Shown: positions 9,960-21,224, numbered from the stretch's first letter. The stretch: DNA of 64,000 nucleotides from an uncultured Gammaproteobacteria bacterium (GCA_963764725.1 CAVXTM010000018.1:512001-576000); one strand, 5' to 3'. The notes: a model not told the origin generated them from the letters alone. Made by a program: numbers and translations.

Positions 9960-10370
9960 CGGTGTTGCTCCGGGGTTGGAGGATATCAAAATCAGTTCAG
10001 TTACTTCGCCCGCTCATATTGTTGAGCGTCTATCTTCATGTAGCGAAGTAACTTATGCTAACTATAGCTATGAATATTCAAGAAATCGAGGCGCTGAGGC
10101 CGATCGATTGCCGGGACCGATTAAAACCCAGTACAGACGCGTGCGACACTTACTCTGAACAAAGCAGTTCAGGGAGCGATGCTGTGATCTGAGGGTGAGG
10201 CGTTGAGGCCCGGGGATTAGTGGATAGTGCTCGACGGCCAGCGCAATGCCTAGGATCGCGAGAGGGAACTGCATGGTTGCCGATTACGGTCGCGCGCGCC
10301 ACGGCGATGTGGGCCGGCGATTTTGGCGGTCCTCGCCGGTCGGGTGGCACGAGATGGCAGGTGCCGGTTG

Positions 10371-11906
10371 TTAAGCCGGGTGGGATCCCCAGAATCGTCC
10401 CTGCTCGTACATGTAACGGATTTGCATGTATTGGAGCAGCGATCCCATCACGAAGCCCAGCAGTTCGGGTTTTTTGTAGAGCTCCCGCGTGATTGTTGAC
10501 CACATTTCCTGCTCCTGCGGCCCGAATCGCTCTAATTTCGATAGAAGCGCCAGACTATCGTGGTCCACGGTACGGAGATCCCCGCCGGGATCCCGTTTGG
10601 CTTTAGCACGCCGGGGGCCTCCGCGCCCCCCCAGTGCGGCCATGAACCGCAGAACCCGCTCTCCGAATGCAGAAGGCTGGTAGAGCTTATTGCAGAGCCC
10701 TTGGATCCCCTCTAACAACTGCTCCCGCGTCATTTGGCGGGGAACGATGTTGGTGTTCCACGGCGCGGCGGCAACCTCCGATCCCCCGGAGACCAAACGC
10801 CCCTCCCCCGCCATCCGTTCGTGAAGCGGGGTTGCCGCGGGCGCTACCAGAGCCCCCAGGCTGAATATTGGGATGGGGGTAGACATGGCGAATTCGTACT
10901 GGCGGTCGAAAATGTCCGGGCCGTCCGAGTCAAAACCCACGATCATGCCTGCGGTAACCGCAATACCATGGTCGAGGAAGCGCTGCACCTGATCGGCGAG
11001 ATTAATCCGCAGGTTCTGATGCTTCTTGGTCTCTCGTAGGCTGTCTTCGTTCGGTGTCTCGATGCCGATGAAAACGTGCGTGAGCCCCGCCTCGGCACAC
11101 AGCTCCAGAAGCTCCTCATCTTTCGCGGCATCGATGGACACCTGCGTCGCGAAACCGATCTCCCCTTTGTCATGCCGCGAATTCCAATCCCGCAGCGCGG
11201 CTAACAGCTCTTTCGCCCGACCGCGGTAAGCCGTGAAGTTGTCATCGGCGAGAAACACGAAGCGGTGGCCAATCCGGTAGAGCGCATCGAGCTCTCCGAG
11301 CACCTGCTCAACCGGTTTGTGCCGTTGCTTGCGCCCGAGGTATTGGATTACATCACAGAATTCGCATTCGAACGGGCATCCGCGCGAGGTCTGAACCGTG
11401 CCGGAAAGGGCCCGCTCACTGGGATAAAGGTCCCATCTCGGTCGCGGAGAGTGACTCAGATCCGGCCTGCTCCCCACGTACTCGGTTTTCCAGCCACCAC
11501 CCCTGAGATCGGAAAACAATTCCTCGGCGATATCTTCCACCTCCCCGCGCACGAGAATGTCACAGTAGGGACGAACGACCGCCGGGCACAATGACGCGTA
11601 GGGACCGCCGATCACGACAATCTTTCCTCTCCGTTGAAACTCCCGAGCGATGTTCCTCATGTGGCCCCATTGGGTGATCTTTCCCGTGATCCCCACCCAA
11701 TCGGGGGCACAATCGAAATCGACAGGCGATATATTTTCGTCGCACAGCCGTACCTCGAAGTCGCTTGGCGCCATGGCGGCCAGTGTTACAACCGCAAGAT
11801 CCGCCATCAGTGTCACAGGCCGAAACCCGTTGGCGGCGTAAACTTCCGCGCCAAAGTAGGTGGGAAAATCGCAAGCTGGGTTTATTAGGTAAATCGCCTT
11901 TGCCAT
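10371..11906 (-). CDS. B12-binding radical SAM protein (class B methyltransferase-like)
   Basis: N-terminal B12 domain (VVIGGPYAS), QTSRGCPFECEFC, FLADDNF, FIGIET, GMIVGFDSD. Confidence 0.9.
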   Translation of the reverse strand: MAKAIYLINPACDFPTYFGAEVYAANGFRPVTLMADLAVVTLAAMAPSDFEVRLCDENISPVDFDCAPDWVGITGKITQWGHMRNIAREFQRRGKIVVIGGPYASLCPAVVRPYCDILVRGEVEDIAEELFSDLRGGGWKTEYVGSRPDLSHSPRPRWDLYPSERALSGTVQTSRGCPFECEFCDVIQYLGRKQRHKPVEQVLGELDALYRIGHRFVFLADDNFTAYRGRAKELLAALRDWNSRHDKGEIGFATQVSIDAAKDEELLELCAEAGLTHVFIGIETPNEDSLRETKKHQNLRINLADQVQRFLDHGIAVTAGMIVGFDSDGPDIFDRQYEFAMSTPIPIFSLGALVAPAATPLHERMAGEGRLVSGGSEVAAAPWNTNIVPRQMTREQLLEGIQGLCNKLYQPSAFGERVLRFMAALGGRGGPRRAKAKRDPGGDLRTVDHDSLALLSKLERFGPQEQEMWSTITRELYKKPELLGFVMGSLLQYMQIRYMYEQGRFWGSHPA

Positions 11907-11999
11907 ACGTCTAGGCCCCTTGATTTAGAACGGGCAGTGAAGCACAACACGATTGTGACCCGCTGAATTGGCGTTTGGTTTCGTCTATCAATGACGGTG

Positions 12000-12263
12000 T
12001 TAACGATGAAGAAAAATGGACTCACCGGCGCGCAGACGCTTGCGCGGGTCATCCAGGGGCATGACTTGTAGTTGATGCTTAACTGCCAATGACTCGGCCG
12101 CGACCGCATAAAGTCCACCGGGCCGGCAGAGTTTCACCAGCGTCTTGCAGAGATGCGCAAGGAGCACAAAGAGTTCTAGCATGCCGCTACCTTACCAGCT
12201 CGGCATGCATTGGCAAGACTGCGATTAACGCGGAAGTTTTCCTAGAATTAGGAATTCGCGACA
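12000..12263 (-). mobile_element. 5' fragment of integrase-core element, subfamily C
   Basis: MLELFVLLAHL...RPGG..AVAAESLAVKHQL; leader similar to 40248-40362; terminus TGTCGCGAA. Confidence 0.65.
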
Positions 12264-12329
12264 CACACCCCGCGATGCTGCACCCTCACCTGTCGGCATG
12301 GCGATCATCGTTCTTGGTCCGAGGAGTCC

Positions 12330-12460
12330 CCCATAAAGAACGTTATCTTCGCCTGTGTCCACAACGCCGGCCCTTCGCAGATCGCAGTGGCCTTCTTCAA
12401 TGAGATGGCAAACGCCGAGATCGCCCGCGCCGTTTCCGCCGGGACGCATCCCGCGACCGT
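12330..12460 (+). pseudogene. ArsC/LMW-PTP arsenate reductase N-terminal remnant
   Basis: NVIFACVHNAGPSQIAVAFFN...AVSAGTHPA (P-loop normally CVHNAGRSQ). Confidence 0.65.
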
Positions 12461-12757
12461 GTTCAGCGTCACTTTCGAACAACTCGATGCGTTCGCCTCG
12501 CAAATGAGCGACAATGAAGCCGCCGCACGGTTACAAAAGGCACGACAAAAGCTCTTTCAACGCATCCATGAACAGTCGTCGCACAGCCGAGCCTCCCGAC
12601 GGCCCACAGGTATCCCCTGAGGCCAGTACTCTCTCACCCTAGGAGGCCAGGCTTTACTACCTTCTTTCAGACTCATCTTTGAATTAGAAGATACTCACGC
12701 GGATGCGGTTCGGCGGTTTCGGGAAGAATCGCGGGCGAGCACGGCAAGGAGAGAGAC

Positions 12758-14332
12758 ATGAGCACTGCTGCGATTTCGTCCTACGAGGAAGCCTGCGCCA
12801 AGCACCGCTGGGACGTCCCCGAGCGCTACAACATCGCGCAGGACGTGTGCGACAAGCACCCGCGGGACAAGCTCGCCATGGTGTACGAGCGCCACGACGG
12901 CCTGCGCCGCGACGTCACGTGGGGCGAGTTGCAGGACATGGCGAATAAGGCGGCGCACGTCCTACGCGCCAACGGCGTGCGCAAGGGCGACCGCGTCGCG
13001 GTCGTGCTCCCTCCCACGCCTGAGACCGCCGCGATCTTCTTCGGCACCTGGAAGCTGGGCGCGCTGCTGCTGTCGATGTCGGTGCTCTACGGCGACGACG
13101 GGATCCGCCACCGGCTCGGCGACTCCCAGCCCCGTGTCCTCGTCACCGACGCCGCCAACGCGCCGCGGTTCGACGCGTCCCTGGTGGAACACATGCTGGT
13201 GCTCGACGACAGCGTCCTCGCCGGCGCCCCGACGGACCACATCTCCGAGGACACAGCCGCCGACGACCCGGCGCAGCTGTACTACACATCCGGCACGACC
13301 GGCCTAGCAAAGGGCATCGTGCACGCCCACCGCTACATCCTGGCCCACGAGGAGTTCATCTACTGCCACGACGTGCGCGACGGAGAGCGATTCCACGGGA
13401 TGGGCGAGTGGGCCTGGGCGGCGGGCATCTCGCCGCTGCTGGGCCCGTGGCGACTCGGCGCCGTGCAGTGCGTCTACCAGCGCGAAGGCGGCTTCGATCC
13501 GCACAAGCAGCTGGACTACCTGTCGCGCAACGACGTGACGAACGTCTTCACCACGCCGACGGCGATGCGCGCGATGATGGCGATCGAGGACGCCGGCACC
13601 CGCTATCCGCAGAAGTTCCGCATCGTGTGCAGCGCGGGCGAGCCGCTGAACCCCGAGGCCATCCGCTGGTTCCGAGAGCAATACGGGCTCACCGTCCTGG
13701 ACTACTACGGGCTGACGGAGTCCTATCCGCTGTGCGCGAACTTCCCGTTCATGGAGGTGCGCGAGGGGTCCATGGGCAAGCCGATGCCGGGCTGGGACGT
13801 GCAGATCCTCGACGAGGACGAGAAGCCGGTGGCCCAAGGCGAGCGCGGGGAGATCTGCCTGCGCGCCCGATCGAACCCGCACTACCCGCTGGGGTACTGG
13901 AACAACGACGAGGCGGCGCGCGAGACCTTCGGCGGCGACTGGTTCCATTCTAAGGACGCGGCGACCATGGATGAAGACGGCTACATCTGGTACGCGGGCC
14001 GGGCCGACGACGTCATTATCGCGGCGGGGTATCGCATCGGGCCGTTCGAGGTGGAGTCCGCCTGCCTGGAGCACGCCGCCGTGCGCGAAGCGGCCGCCGT
14101 CGCCTCGCCCGACGAGGTCAAAGGCAACGTGGTGAAGGCGTTCATCGTGCTCGCCGATGGCCATGAGCCCTCGGACGAGCTGGCCGGGGACATCAAGCGC
14201 TTCGTGCGCGAGCGGTTGAGCGCGTACGCCTATCCGCGAAAGATCGAGTTCATCGCCGAGCTGCCCAAGACGCTGACCGGGAAGATCCGGCGCATCGAGT
14301 TGCGCGAGCGGGAGCGCGAACAGACGGGGTGA
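12758..14332 (+). CDS. Acyl-CoA synthetase (AMP-binding, medium-chain/acetate-CoA ligase-like)
   Basis: YYTSGTTGLAKG, YGLTES, GRADDVI, GYRIGPFEVE, PKTLTGKIRR; strong RBS. Confidence 0.93.
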   Translation: MSTAAISSYEEACAKHRWDVPERYNIAQDVCDKHPRDKLAMVYERHDGLRRDVTWGELQDMANKAAHVLRANGVRKGDRVAVVLPPTPETAAIFFGTWKLGALLLSMSVLYGDDGIRHRLGDSQPRVLVTDAANAPRFDASLVEHMLVLDDSVLAGAPTDHISEDTAADDPAQLYYTSGTTGLAKGIVHAHRYILAHEEFIYCHDVRDGERFHGMGEWAWAAGISPLLGPWRLGAVQCVYQREGGFDPHKQLDYLSRNDVTNVFTTPTAMRAMMAIEDAGTRYPQKFRIVCSAGEPLNPEAIRWFREQYGLTVLDYYGLTESYPLCANFPFMEVREGSMGKPMPGWDVQILDEDEKPVAQGERGEICLRARSNPHYPLGYWNNDEAARETFGGDWFHSKDAATMDEDGYIWYAGRADDVIIAAGYRIGPFEVESACLEHAAVREAAAVASPDEVKGNVVKAFIVLADGHEPSDELAGDIKRFVRERLSAYAYPRKIEFIAELPKTLTGKIRRIELREREREQTG

Positions 14333-14354
14333 CCACCACCGAGCTGGACGTCCC

Positions 14355-15399
14355 CAGCCTGCTTTCGCTCTCGCGCGGTACTGCAGATGGAGAACGCAAT
14401 GCTTCGGCACCAGCTTAACGCGTATCAGCGCCGTCAACCGCGGCCGAAGCTTCGCACGGTGGACCGCTTACTCTGGACCTGCGCCTCTCGGATCTGGCCA
14501 GGCTGGGCGCGAGGAATTGACGCTAGTTAAGCCGGCGACTGTCATTGCCTGGCAGCGTAAACGCTTCCGTGACTATTGAGCAGCCCTGAGTCACCGTCGA
14601 GGACCAGGCCGTCCACCCGTCGCCAAAGAGGTTCAAGATCTGATCCGGAAACTCTCCAGCGCCAACATCGGCTGGGGTGTTCCAAGGATCGTCGGTGAAC
14701 TCCGCAAACTCGGTATTGAGGTTGGCAAATCGACCGTTCAGAAGTATCGAGTCAAACATCCGAAGTCACCGTCTCCTACCTAGAAATCGTTCTTGGCCAA
14801 CCATCTCACTGACTTGGTCGCCATCGACTTCTTCGTGGTTCCCACAATTGACTTCAAAGTCTTATACGTCTTTGTCGTGCTGGCTCACGAGCGTCGTCAG
14901 GCTTTCTACTTCAATGTCACGGAGAACCCGATCAATGGGTCGCCCAACAGATCATTGAGGCCTTTCCTTGGGAGACCGCGCCCCCTATTTGCTACGCGAT
15001 CGAGATGCGATTTATGGCGAGCGCTTTCGCCATCGCGTGCACAGTCTTCTCATCGAAGAGGTGATCACGGCTCCGCGCAACCCGTGGCAAAATCCGTACG
15101 TGGAGAGGATCATCGGTAGTATCCGACGCGATTGCCTGGACCACATGATCGTTTTCAACGAGCGCCACCTGAAACGGATCCTCACGATCTACTTTGACTA
15201 TTACCATCAGTGGAGGACTCACCTCGGTCTAGAGATGGACACACCCTGGGGGACGAGATGTTCAGACTCCTGATCAAGGCAAGGTCACCGAAGTTCCCGA
15301 TCTCGGTGGTCTACACCATCATTATCTAAGACTTGCAGCGTGAGATCGGGGCGTGAAGATTAACGCCAGATTTACGCATATGAGTTTTCGGGAACCACA
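14355..15399 (+). pseudogene. Integrase-core transposase, subfamily B, with multiple stops and frameshifts
   Basis: MENAMLRHQL, DFFVVPT, LLRDRDAIYG, PWQNPYVERIIGSIRRDCLDH, GGLHHHY; terminus GAGTTTTCGGGAACCACA. Confidence 0.85.
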
Positions 15400-15483
15400 G
15401 TCAAGTTTTGACTTGCACCGTACGCTAACAATCGGGTGTTCCAGCACCATTAGGCGGTCAGCAGTGGCGAGCCGCGGTGGGCT

Positions 15484-15873
15484 ATGCCCAACTACGCCGT
15501 CACAAGGAGGAGAACGACGATGTTTGAACCACTAGAGATCATCTATGCCAGCCCACTCCTGATGAAGGTAGCGTTTACGGTAGGGTTGGTGGCTGCGGTC
15601 GCGTTCGCGGCGACGTTTCTGACGATGGCGATCATGGATTTAAGGGGGGGATCCCGTCGCATGGCTAATATGGTTGTGGACGTCCCAATAGGTCGCCTCG
15701 CCCCCTGCCCTGCGGCGTCGCTGTCGAACCATTCGCCATTGGGTAAGGCGCCAGGAGCAATCAATTCTTCCCGAGATAGGGAAGAATTGAAACCAAAGGC
15801 AGAAGCTTTGGCTTCCGCAGGAATCTCAACCAGCGAAGCCCACCGTTGCGAGCAGCTAGCAGCCGATCGATAG
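15484..15873 (+). CDS. Hypothetical protein, possibly a chimeric remnant
   Basis: AAGGAGG RBS before ATG 15520; one TM segment; unrelated-looking C-terminus. Confidence 0.35.
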   Translation: MPNYAVTRRRTTMFEPLEIIYASPLLMKVAFTVGLVAAVAFAATFLTMAIMDLRGGSRRMANMVVDVPIGRLAPCPAASLSNHSPLGKAPGAINSSRDREELKPKAEALASAGISTSEAHRCEQLAADR

Positions 15874-16813
15874 CACGGTAAACTTCCCGTATCTGGGAAG
15901 TTTAAAGCTGAGGCGCTTGAGAGAACTTCCCGGCCTTGTCCGGCCAATACTTCGCCGCGTAAGCCTCGGGGCCGATGTCCTTAAGCTCCTCGAAGCAACT
16001 GGGCGCCAGAATTTCAAGTGGGCAAGGTCGGCCAGCGGGATCTCCTCGATCTCGATACCGTCAAGACTAGCGCGGGCTCCCTCGAAAAACTCAGCGATGG
16101 CGTAGCACAAGCCCAGGCATGCCGCTTGATATGCGTAACGCGTCTACCGTCGGGATCCAGAGATCTTGGCGCATGTAATTGATGGTAAAGCCCCGGAAAT
16201 ACTTTGAAGAGAGGATAGAGGAGTAAACCCTAGCGTTGCAAAAAATCCGGTTGTTTGGCGAACTCATGCGGCTTTCAAAGTCTCCAGGTAATGCAACAGC
16301 TCGTCGCGAACGACTGGGTTTACAGCCATACTGAGCGTGAGCTGTCCCTGCGGCCGGATCAAACGGCCTGCACGCTGAATAAGGCGACGCCGCAGGGTGT
16401 CAAGGCGTGCGAAGTCCCAAAACGCCGGGCGCTTCTCAAGGGTAGTACGCGAAGGAGGATGGGCGATCATTTGCAGCTCTCGGCCGAAGTTGTGAGCCAG
16501 GAGGACTGAGAGCAGGTAGATCTGATTGCCGACCCAAGTACGCGTGGGGACATAGTCGAGCTGGTTGTCGGATTTGAGCTCGGCGAAGATACCCTCCTGG
16601 CTGCCCCGCCCGTTATGGAAGGCGAGCACCTTGCGGGCGCGGAGGGGCTTGTTGGTGAGGATAACCTTGAACTCGTAGCCATAGGCTTGGGGGATAAAGA
16701 GATCGAGCTGCACGGGGTCTTTGTGTTGCTGTTTGACCCGAGTGCGAATGAAGAGGAAGCGATGGCGAACATTCCAAGCTGGACTTAACCCGCTTTCGTG
16801 GACAGGTAATTCC

Positions 16814-17677
16814 CTAAACTGTCTCAGTCTCGGGTGTCATTAGTCTCCTCTCGTAGCTTACGGGTGACAAGTATCCCAGGGACGAATGGCGGCGATGCGG
16901 GTTGTACCAGCCTTCGATCCATTCAAACACTACCATACGGGCTTCCGTCTGGGTCTTGAATCGGCGCCGGTTCAGCAGCTCGCGTTCCAGGGTGGCGAAA
17001 AAGCTCTCGGCCATGGCGTTGTCGTAGGCATCGCCGACGGAGCCCATTGACGGCATGACGCCCATTTCGCGACACCGTTTGCCGAACGCATAGCTGGTGT
17101 ACTGGCAACCCCGGTCGGAATGGTGGATCACCTCCCGCGGCCGGCGCTGCACCAGGGCCATGTTCAGCGCGCTCAGGACCAGCTCGGTTCGCAGGTGCGT
17201 TTCCATTGCCCAGCCCACGATCCGCCGCGACCAGACATCCAGTACCACCGCCAGGTACAGAAAGCCGGACCACGTCGGAATGTACGTGATGTCGGCTACC
17301 CACAGCCGATCCGGTCCCCCGGCCACAAACTGCCGGTCAACCCAGTCCACCGCGCGCTCTGCCCTCGGCTCGGCTACCGTGGTGCGGACAAAGCGTTGCG
17401 GTGTGGCGCCGTACAAGCCGGCCGCGTGCATCAATCGCGCTACACGCTTGCAGCCGACGTGGACACCATGCTCATCGGCCAGCTCAGCATGAATGGAGGG
17501 CGCCCCATAGACGCCTCTGGAGCGGCGATGGATACCGTGGATCAGCGCGGTCAGTGCAATATCCTCGCGTGCACGTGCCGACAACGTTCGATCTTCCCAT
17601 GCATAGAGACCGCTCCTGGAGACTTTGAGCAACCGGCACATGACCTGTACCGGATATCGGGCCTGGTTCGCCTTCAC
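16814..17677 (-). CDS. IS3 transposase OrfB (rve integrase core)
   Basis: WVADITYI, HHSDRGCQY, DNAMAESFF, WYNPHRRHSSLGYLSP. Confidence 0.93.
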   Translation of the reverse strand: MKANQARYPVQVMCRLLKVSRSGLYAWEDRTLSARAREDIALTALIHGIHRRSRGVYGAPSIHAELADEHGVHVGCKRVARLMHAAGLYGATPQRFVRTTVAEPRAERAVDWVDRQFVAGGPDRLWVADITYIPTWSGFLYLAVVLDVWSRRIVGWAMETHLRTELVLSALNMALVQRRPREVIHHSDRGCQYTSYAFGKRCREMGVMPSMGSVGDAYDNAMAESFFATLERELLNRRRFKTQTEARMVVFEWIEGWYNPHRRHSSLGYLSPVSYERRLMTPETETV

Positions 17678-17988
17678 GAATCCGAAGAGCGCTTCGGTGT
17701 CGCGGTGCTCTCCTTCGCAAACCAGGCCGCGGCTTTTGACAGGATCTCTCGCTCCAGCCTGAGCTGACGGTTCTCACGCCGCAGCCGAGCCAGCTCCTGC
17801 CGCTCTTCGCTCGTCAGGCCACCATCTCCCCGACCCGAATCCCGATTGGCTTGCTTGACCCACTGCCGGATCGACCAGCCCGTGCAGCCAAACTCCTTTT
17901 CAAGATCACCGTATTTGCGGCCCGCCCGGACCAACTCCACCATCTGTTGCCGGAACTCCGGCGTATATGTCCGTTGCTTCTTTGCCAT
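17674..17988 (-). CDS. IS3 transposase OrfA (HTH)
   Basis: RTYTPEFRQQMVELVR...LRRENRQLRLEREILSKAAAWFA; GTGA overlap with orfB. Confidence 0.9.
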   Translation of the reverse strand: MAKKQRTYTPEFRQQMVELVRAGRKYGDLEKEFGCTGWSIRQWVKQANRDSGRGDGGLTSEERQELARLRRENRQLRLEREILSKAAAWFAKESTATPKRSSDS

Positions 17989-19216
17989 GTCGAACACCTC
18001 TCTTTGTGAAGATGAAGTGTCCACAGAACCGGGTCAAGTCCAAAGCCTTGGGCTTCCACTGCGCCTCAAAGTAGGCGCATCCCGCCTCGATCCGATGCCA
18101 CCATCGACGCGCTTCAATGCGTTCTTTGAGTTCTCCGAAGCGCTCGAAGGGGACGCTGACCGTATACTCAACGCCCTGGGCATCGAGGCTCGTGATGATC
18201 GCGTCACTGAAGAAGGCGCTATCCACGCGTACCTCGATGCAGACCCCGGGGAGGGCCGAACGCACGGTGGCGATAGAGTCGCGGATAAAGGCCTGCGCGC
18301 CATGGGAGTCATGGACATTACCGGAGCGGTGCAGCACATCGAGCACTTGCCCGGTTTGGGCCACCGTGCAAAACAACGGGTAATAACTGCGCTGTCCTTT
18401 CTTCTTACGGTTGAATCCCACGGCCGTCCCCTCGGCGAATCTTCCAGTACCGATGACCGAGCCTCCAAGGTGACCCGTGGGAGATCAAGCTTCGCCAGCC
18501 GAGCCACCACCAACTCGCGCAGCAGGCGGTGCAGCTGCTCGACACTCTTCGGGTCGGCCTGCGCCAAGGCCCGACTGAGGGTGGCCACGTCGGGCAGCCG
18601 GCGCAGGCCCAGAGTGCGTCGGACCAACGGGTCATCGGCATAATACCGAATATCGCGCAATTCCCGAAACCCCATCAGCAGGTGCAGCACCAGAGAGAGC
18701 ACAACGGTGGCGTGCCCAAAGATGGGACTGACAACAAGATGCTCAAAACACCGGCGTAACCGCTCCTTGAGATCCAGACGGCGAAAGAGCTCTTGGATAA
18801 GGACCAAGCCCGAGAACGAAGTGAGTTGGCTCTCTTCGAATCGGAGTACTGGAAGGCTGTGGGTCTTGCAGTGAACATCGGTTCTGCTACACTTCACGGG
18901 AGCGGTCTCCTTTGCGGATCGTTTTGTTTTAGCAAACATATTATACCGCAACGGCAGACCGCTTCTTCTACTTAGCTGATCGCAACATCAGCCTCTTTAA
19001 CTGAATCGCTGGATTTCACCTCTGGTGACATCCAGCGGACAACGCAAAACTCGACGAACCCCCCGCCTTCACGCCATTTTTTGCGGTTAACCGCAGAAAT
19101 TTATGCAACTGGAAGGTAAAGATGCCGACAGATGAGCTCCTCGTCTTGGTTAAGCATCTGGTGGGACGCCTGGCTCGGGCCACTCAGTAGCCCGCTTGCA
19201 CGACTGCAAGTGAGGG

Positions 19217-19471
19217 ATGAATTGTGGCAGTATCGGTATCAAGCTCCGCTATGATGATTTCCGGACAGTGACCAGCGACGTCACGCTGGAGGAAGCGACG
19301 GCGGATCCGGAGACCATCCGAGCTGCAGCGCGAACCTGTCTTCAGCGGGTAGCGCTAGATCGAAAACTGCGCTTGCTCGGGATTAGGATCACGTCGCTTG
19401 GGCCGTCGCAATGCGTTGGCGAGATCAGTACCGCGGTACGTGCCATGCCCCGCCGCCGCGACAGCGGTTGA
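19217..19471 (+). pseudogene. dinB: DNA polymerase IV (DinB) C-terminal little-finger remnant
   Basis: IGIKLRYDDFRTVT...RKLRLLGIRITSL; catalytic N-terminus absent. Confidence 0.7.
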
Positions 19472-19490
19472 TACCCAGCGGTAGATTGAA

Positions 19491-19957
19491 ATGAAATGCC
19501 AGAGCCCAACACTGCATTTAGCGGAACTCGCTGATGCCCAGAAAATCGCTCGCATGTCCCGCAACCTCGTTGAAATGGGCCTCGGTTGGTCGTGGACACC
19601 GGATCGAGTGAGACGATCGATTCAGTGTCCTGATACGGTCGTCTTGAGTGCGCATGACGGCCCACGGATGCGGGGCTTTGCCATCATGGAATTCCTTGAA
19701 GAGGAGGCGCATTTAAATCTGTTAGCAGTAGACGCGAGCTACCGTCGTGCAGGCCTTGGCCGACGTCTCGTTCGATGGCTTGAGGAATCCTGCAGGTGGC
19801 TGGTAGCTTCGTTGTCTATTTGGAAGTTCGCGCCAGTAACCCGGGTGCCCGCGCCTTCTACCAAGCGCTGGGATATTGCGACATCGCTCACGTCCCTCGC
19901 TATTACCAGGACATTGAAGCCGCGATCCGCATGGCTCGTGATCTGAGTGCCGGTTAG
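19491..19957 (+). pseudogene. RimI-like GNAT acetyltransferase (one frameshift near 19790)
   Basis: GLGWSWT, EAHLNLLAV..YRRAGLG; second frame VYLEVRASNPGARAFYQALGY. Confidence 0.75.
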
Positions 19958-20273
19958 TCCCAATAATTTAAGGCGGGAAAGATTTTTTAGTCCAACAGCA
20001 TCCATCTCAATGGGATCGAATCGGCCGTGGATCTCGCCGTAGAGACTTGGCGCGAGAGCAACGCCATCGATGATGTCATGCTGGAAGTCCTGACTACCCT
20101 GTCCTCCGTCCTGATGGATAAAGGCCAACCCGTTCGACGCGGCTTCGCGCAGCGCGCCGTGTGTCACACGCAGGGAAACGTGTGGACTGTGGTCTAGCAG
20201 GGTGCCTCGGGTCCCACGGCGTACAAATCCCGACCGCGCTGGTGGTAGGCACGTATGATCCACGGCGACCCCG

Positions 20274-21092
20274 CTACACCCAACGATGCAACACTTCCCC
20301 GCCCGGAAAGGTATATCCGGAGTTGAAATGATAAGCGCCAACGATTTCTTGCGGAGCGAGCATCATGTGTTCCTCGATGTCTGAAGGGAAAAACCTGAGA
20401 TCTCCCGTGCCTGCCCATATGCCCTCACTGTAGCGGATATTCTCGGCCCCGAGCCTCACTAGCTCGAGTACCGAGGGTGGAGCGCCGCGTACCACACTCG
20501 GGAAATGCCGAATGTGAAATAGCGGCAACCCCATCGGCCCGGGGAGTTCAGACCGGGTGATTCTCTGTTCAATTTCCATCGTGCCTTCAATGAGCCGTTC
20601 CCCATGGGCGCACACATAAGCCTTTAGCTTGGCGCCTGGCCCCAGCGAGTGCATCATCGGATTCAACGGATGATACTCGGTCATATAGGTCTGACCGAGC
20701 TTCTTCGCAAAGCCCATAAACCACCCGCGAGCCATCGTAAAATCATTGTTGACCCAAATCTGCAAGCAAATCTGCCCTGGCGTACCAAGGTACGAACACC
20801 CCACCCAAATAGCGCATTCTTTGTACTGGGTACGCTCAGGATTCGTGAACGCCATATCCGGTTGGCTGTCCCAGAGCGCCCACCATTTGCTAAAGGCAAC
20901 ATAAGCCAGGCCGGGTTCGGGGCCTGCTTCAAGCGGTTCGGGTAGGTAGGCGGCGATCGCCGCGGGATCGGTGCGATAAGCAATGTTTAGATATTCTGTG
21001 GCGTAGTGCCAGGGCATATCGCCGACGAGCGAAGAGACGCCACCGGGTGTGAGGGGATAACAAAATCCTTTGAGATCGTTGATGGTAGTCAT
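20274..21092 (-). CDS. Acetoacetate decarboxylase-like (Adc superfamily) protein
   Basis: MPWHY, YRTDPAAIAAYLPEPL, ARGWFMGFAKKLG (Schiff-base Lys motif); GGAGGAG RBS. Confidence 0.85.
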   Translation of the reverse strand: MTTINDLKGFCYPLTPGGVSSLVGDMPWHYATEYLNIAYRTDPAAIAAYLPEPLEAGPEPGLAYVAFSKWWALWDSQPDMAFTNPERTQYKECAIWVGCSYLGTPGQICLQIWVNNDFTMARGWFMGFAKKLGQTYMTEYHPLNPMMHSLGPGAKLKAYVCAHGERLIEGTMEIEQRITRSELPGPMGLPLFHIRHFPSVVRGAPPSVLELVRLGAENIRYSEGIWAGTGDLRFFPSDIEEHMMLAPQEIVGAYHFNSGYTFPGGEVLHRWV

Positions 21093-21224
21093 GATTGCTC
21101 CTCCGTTCTAGTTTGGGCATGTCACGTGCGCGCTTAGAGAACTTATCCAAGAATGCCACCCGGTTTGATGATTGGATTCAGACAGACGCGAGTATCCTGA
21201 GCGGTCGGGGAGATAGGTAAACTA

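Larger units (their letters stand above)
16780..18042 (-). mobile_element. IS3-family insertion sequence, complete
   Basis: TG...CA ends TGGACTTAACCCG and CGGGTCAAGTCCA; 4-bp TSD AAGC (16776-16779, 18043-18046). Confidence 0.92.
16264..18951 (-). pseudogene. IS1380 transposase (split by IS3, frameshifted)
   Basis: LTSFSGLVLI, PDVATLSR, RSYYPLFC, EVRVDSAFFS, FHNGRGSQEGIFAELKS; WKPKA|WNVRHRF rejoins across the IS3. Confidence 0.85.
16228..19116 (-). mobile_element. IS1380-family element interrupted by IS3
   Basis: Ends CCCTAGCGTTGCAAAAAAT and ATTTATGCAACTGGAAGG; 4-bp TSD TAAA (16224-16227, 19117-19120). Confidence 0.8.

Noticed and set aside
9574-10158. 194-aa membrane protein
   Set aside because: The Phe-rich segment is the antisense of the Lys-rich microprotein at 9816-9959.
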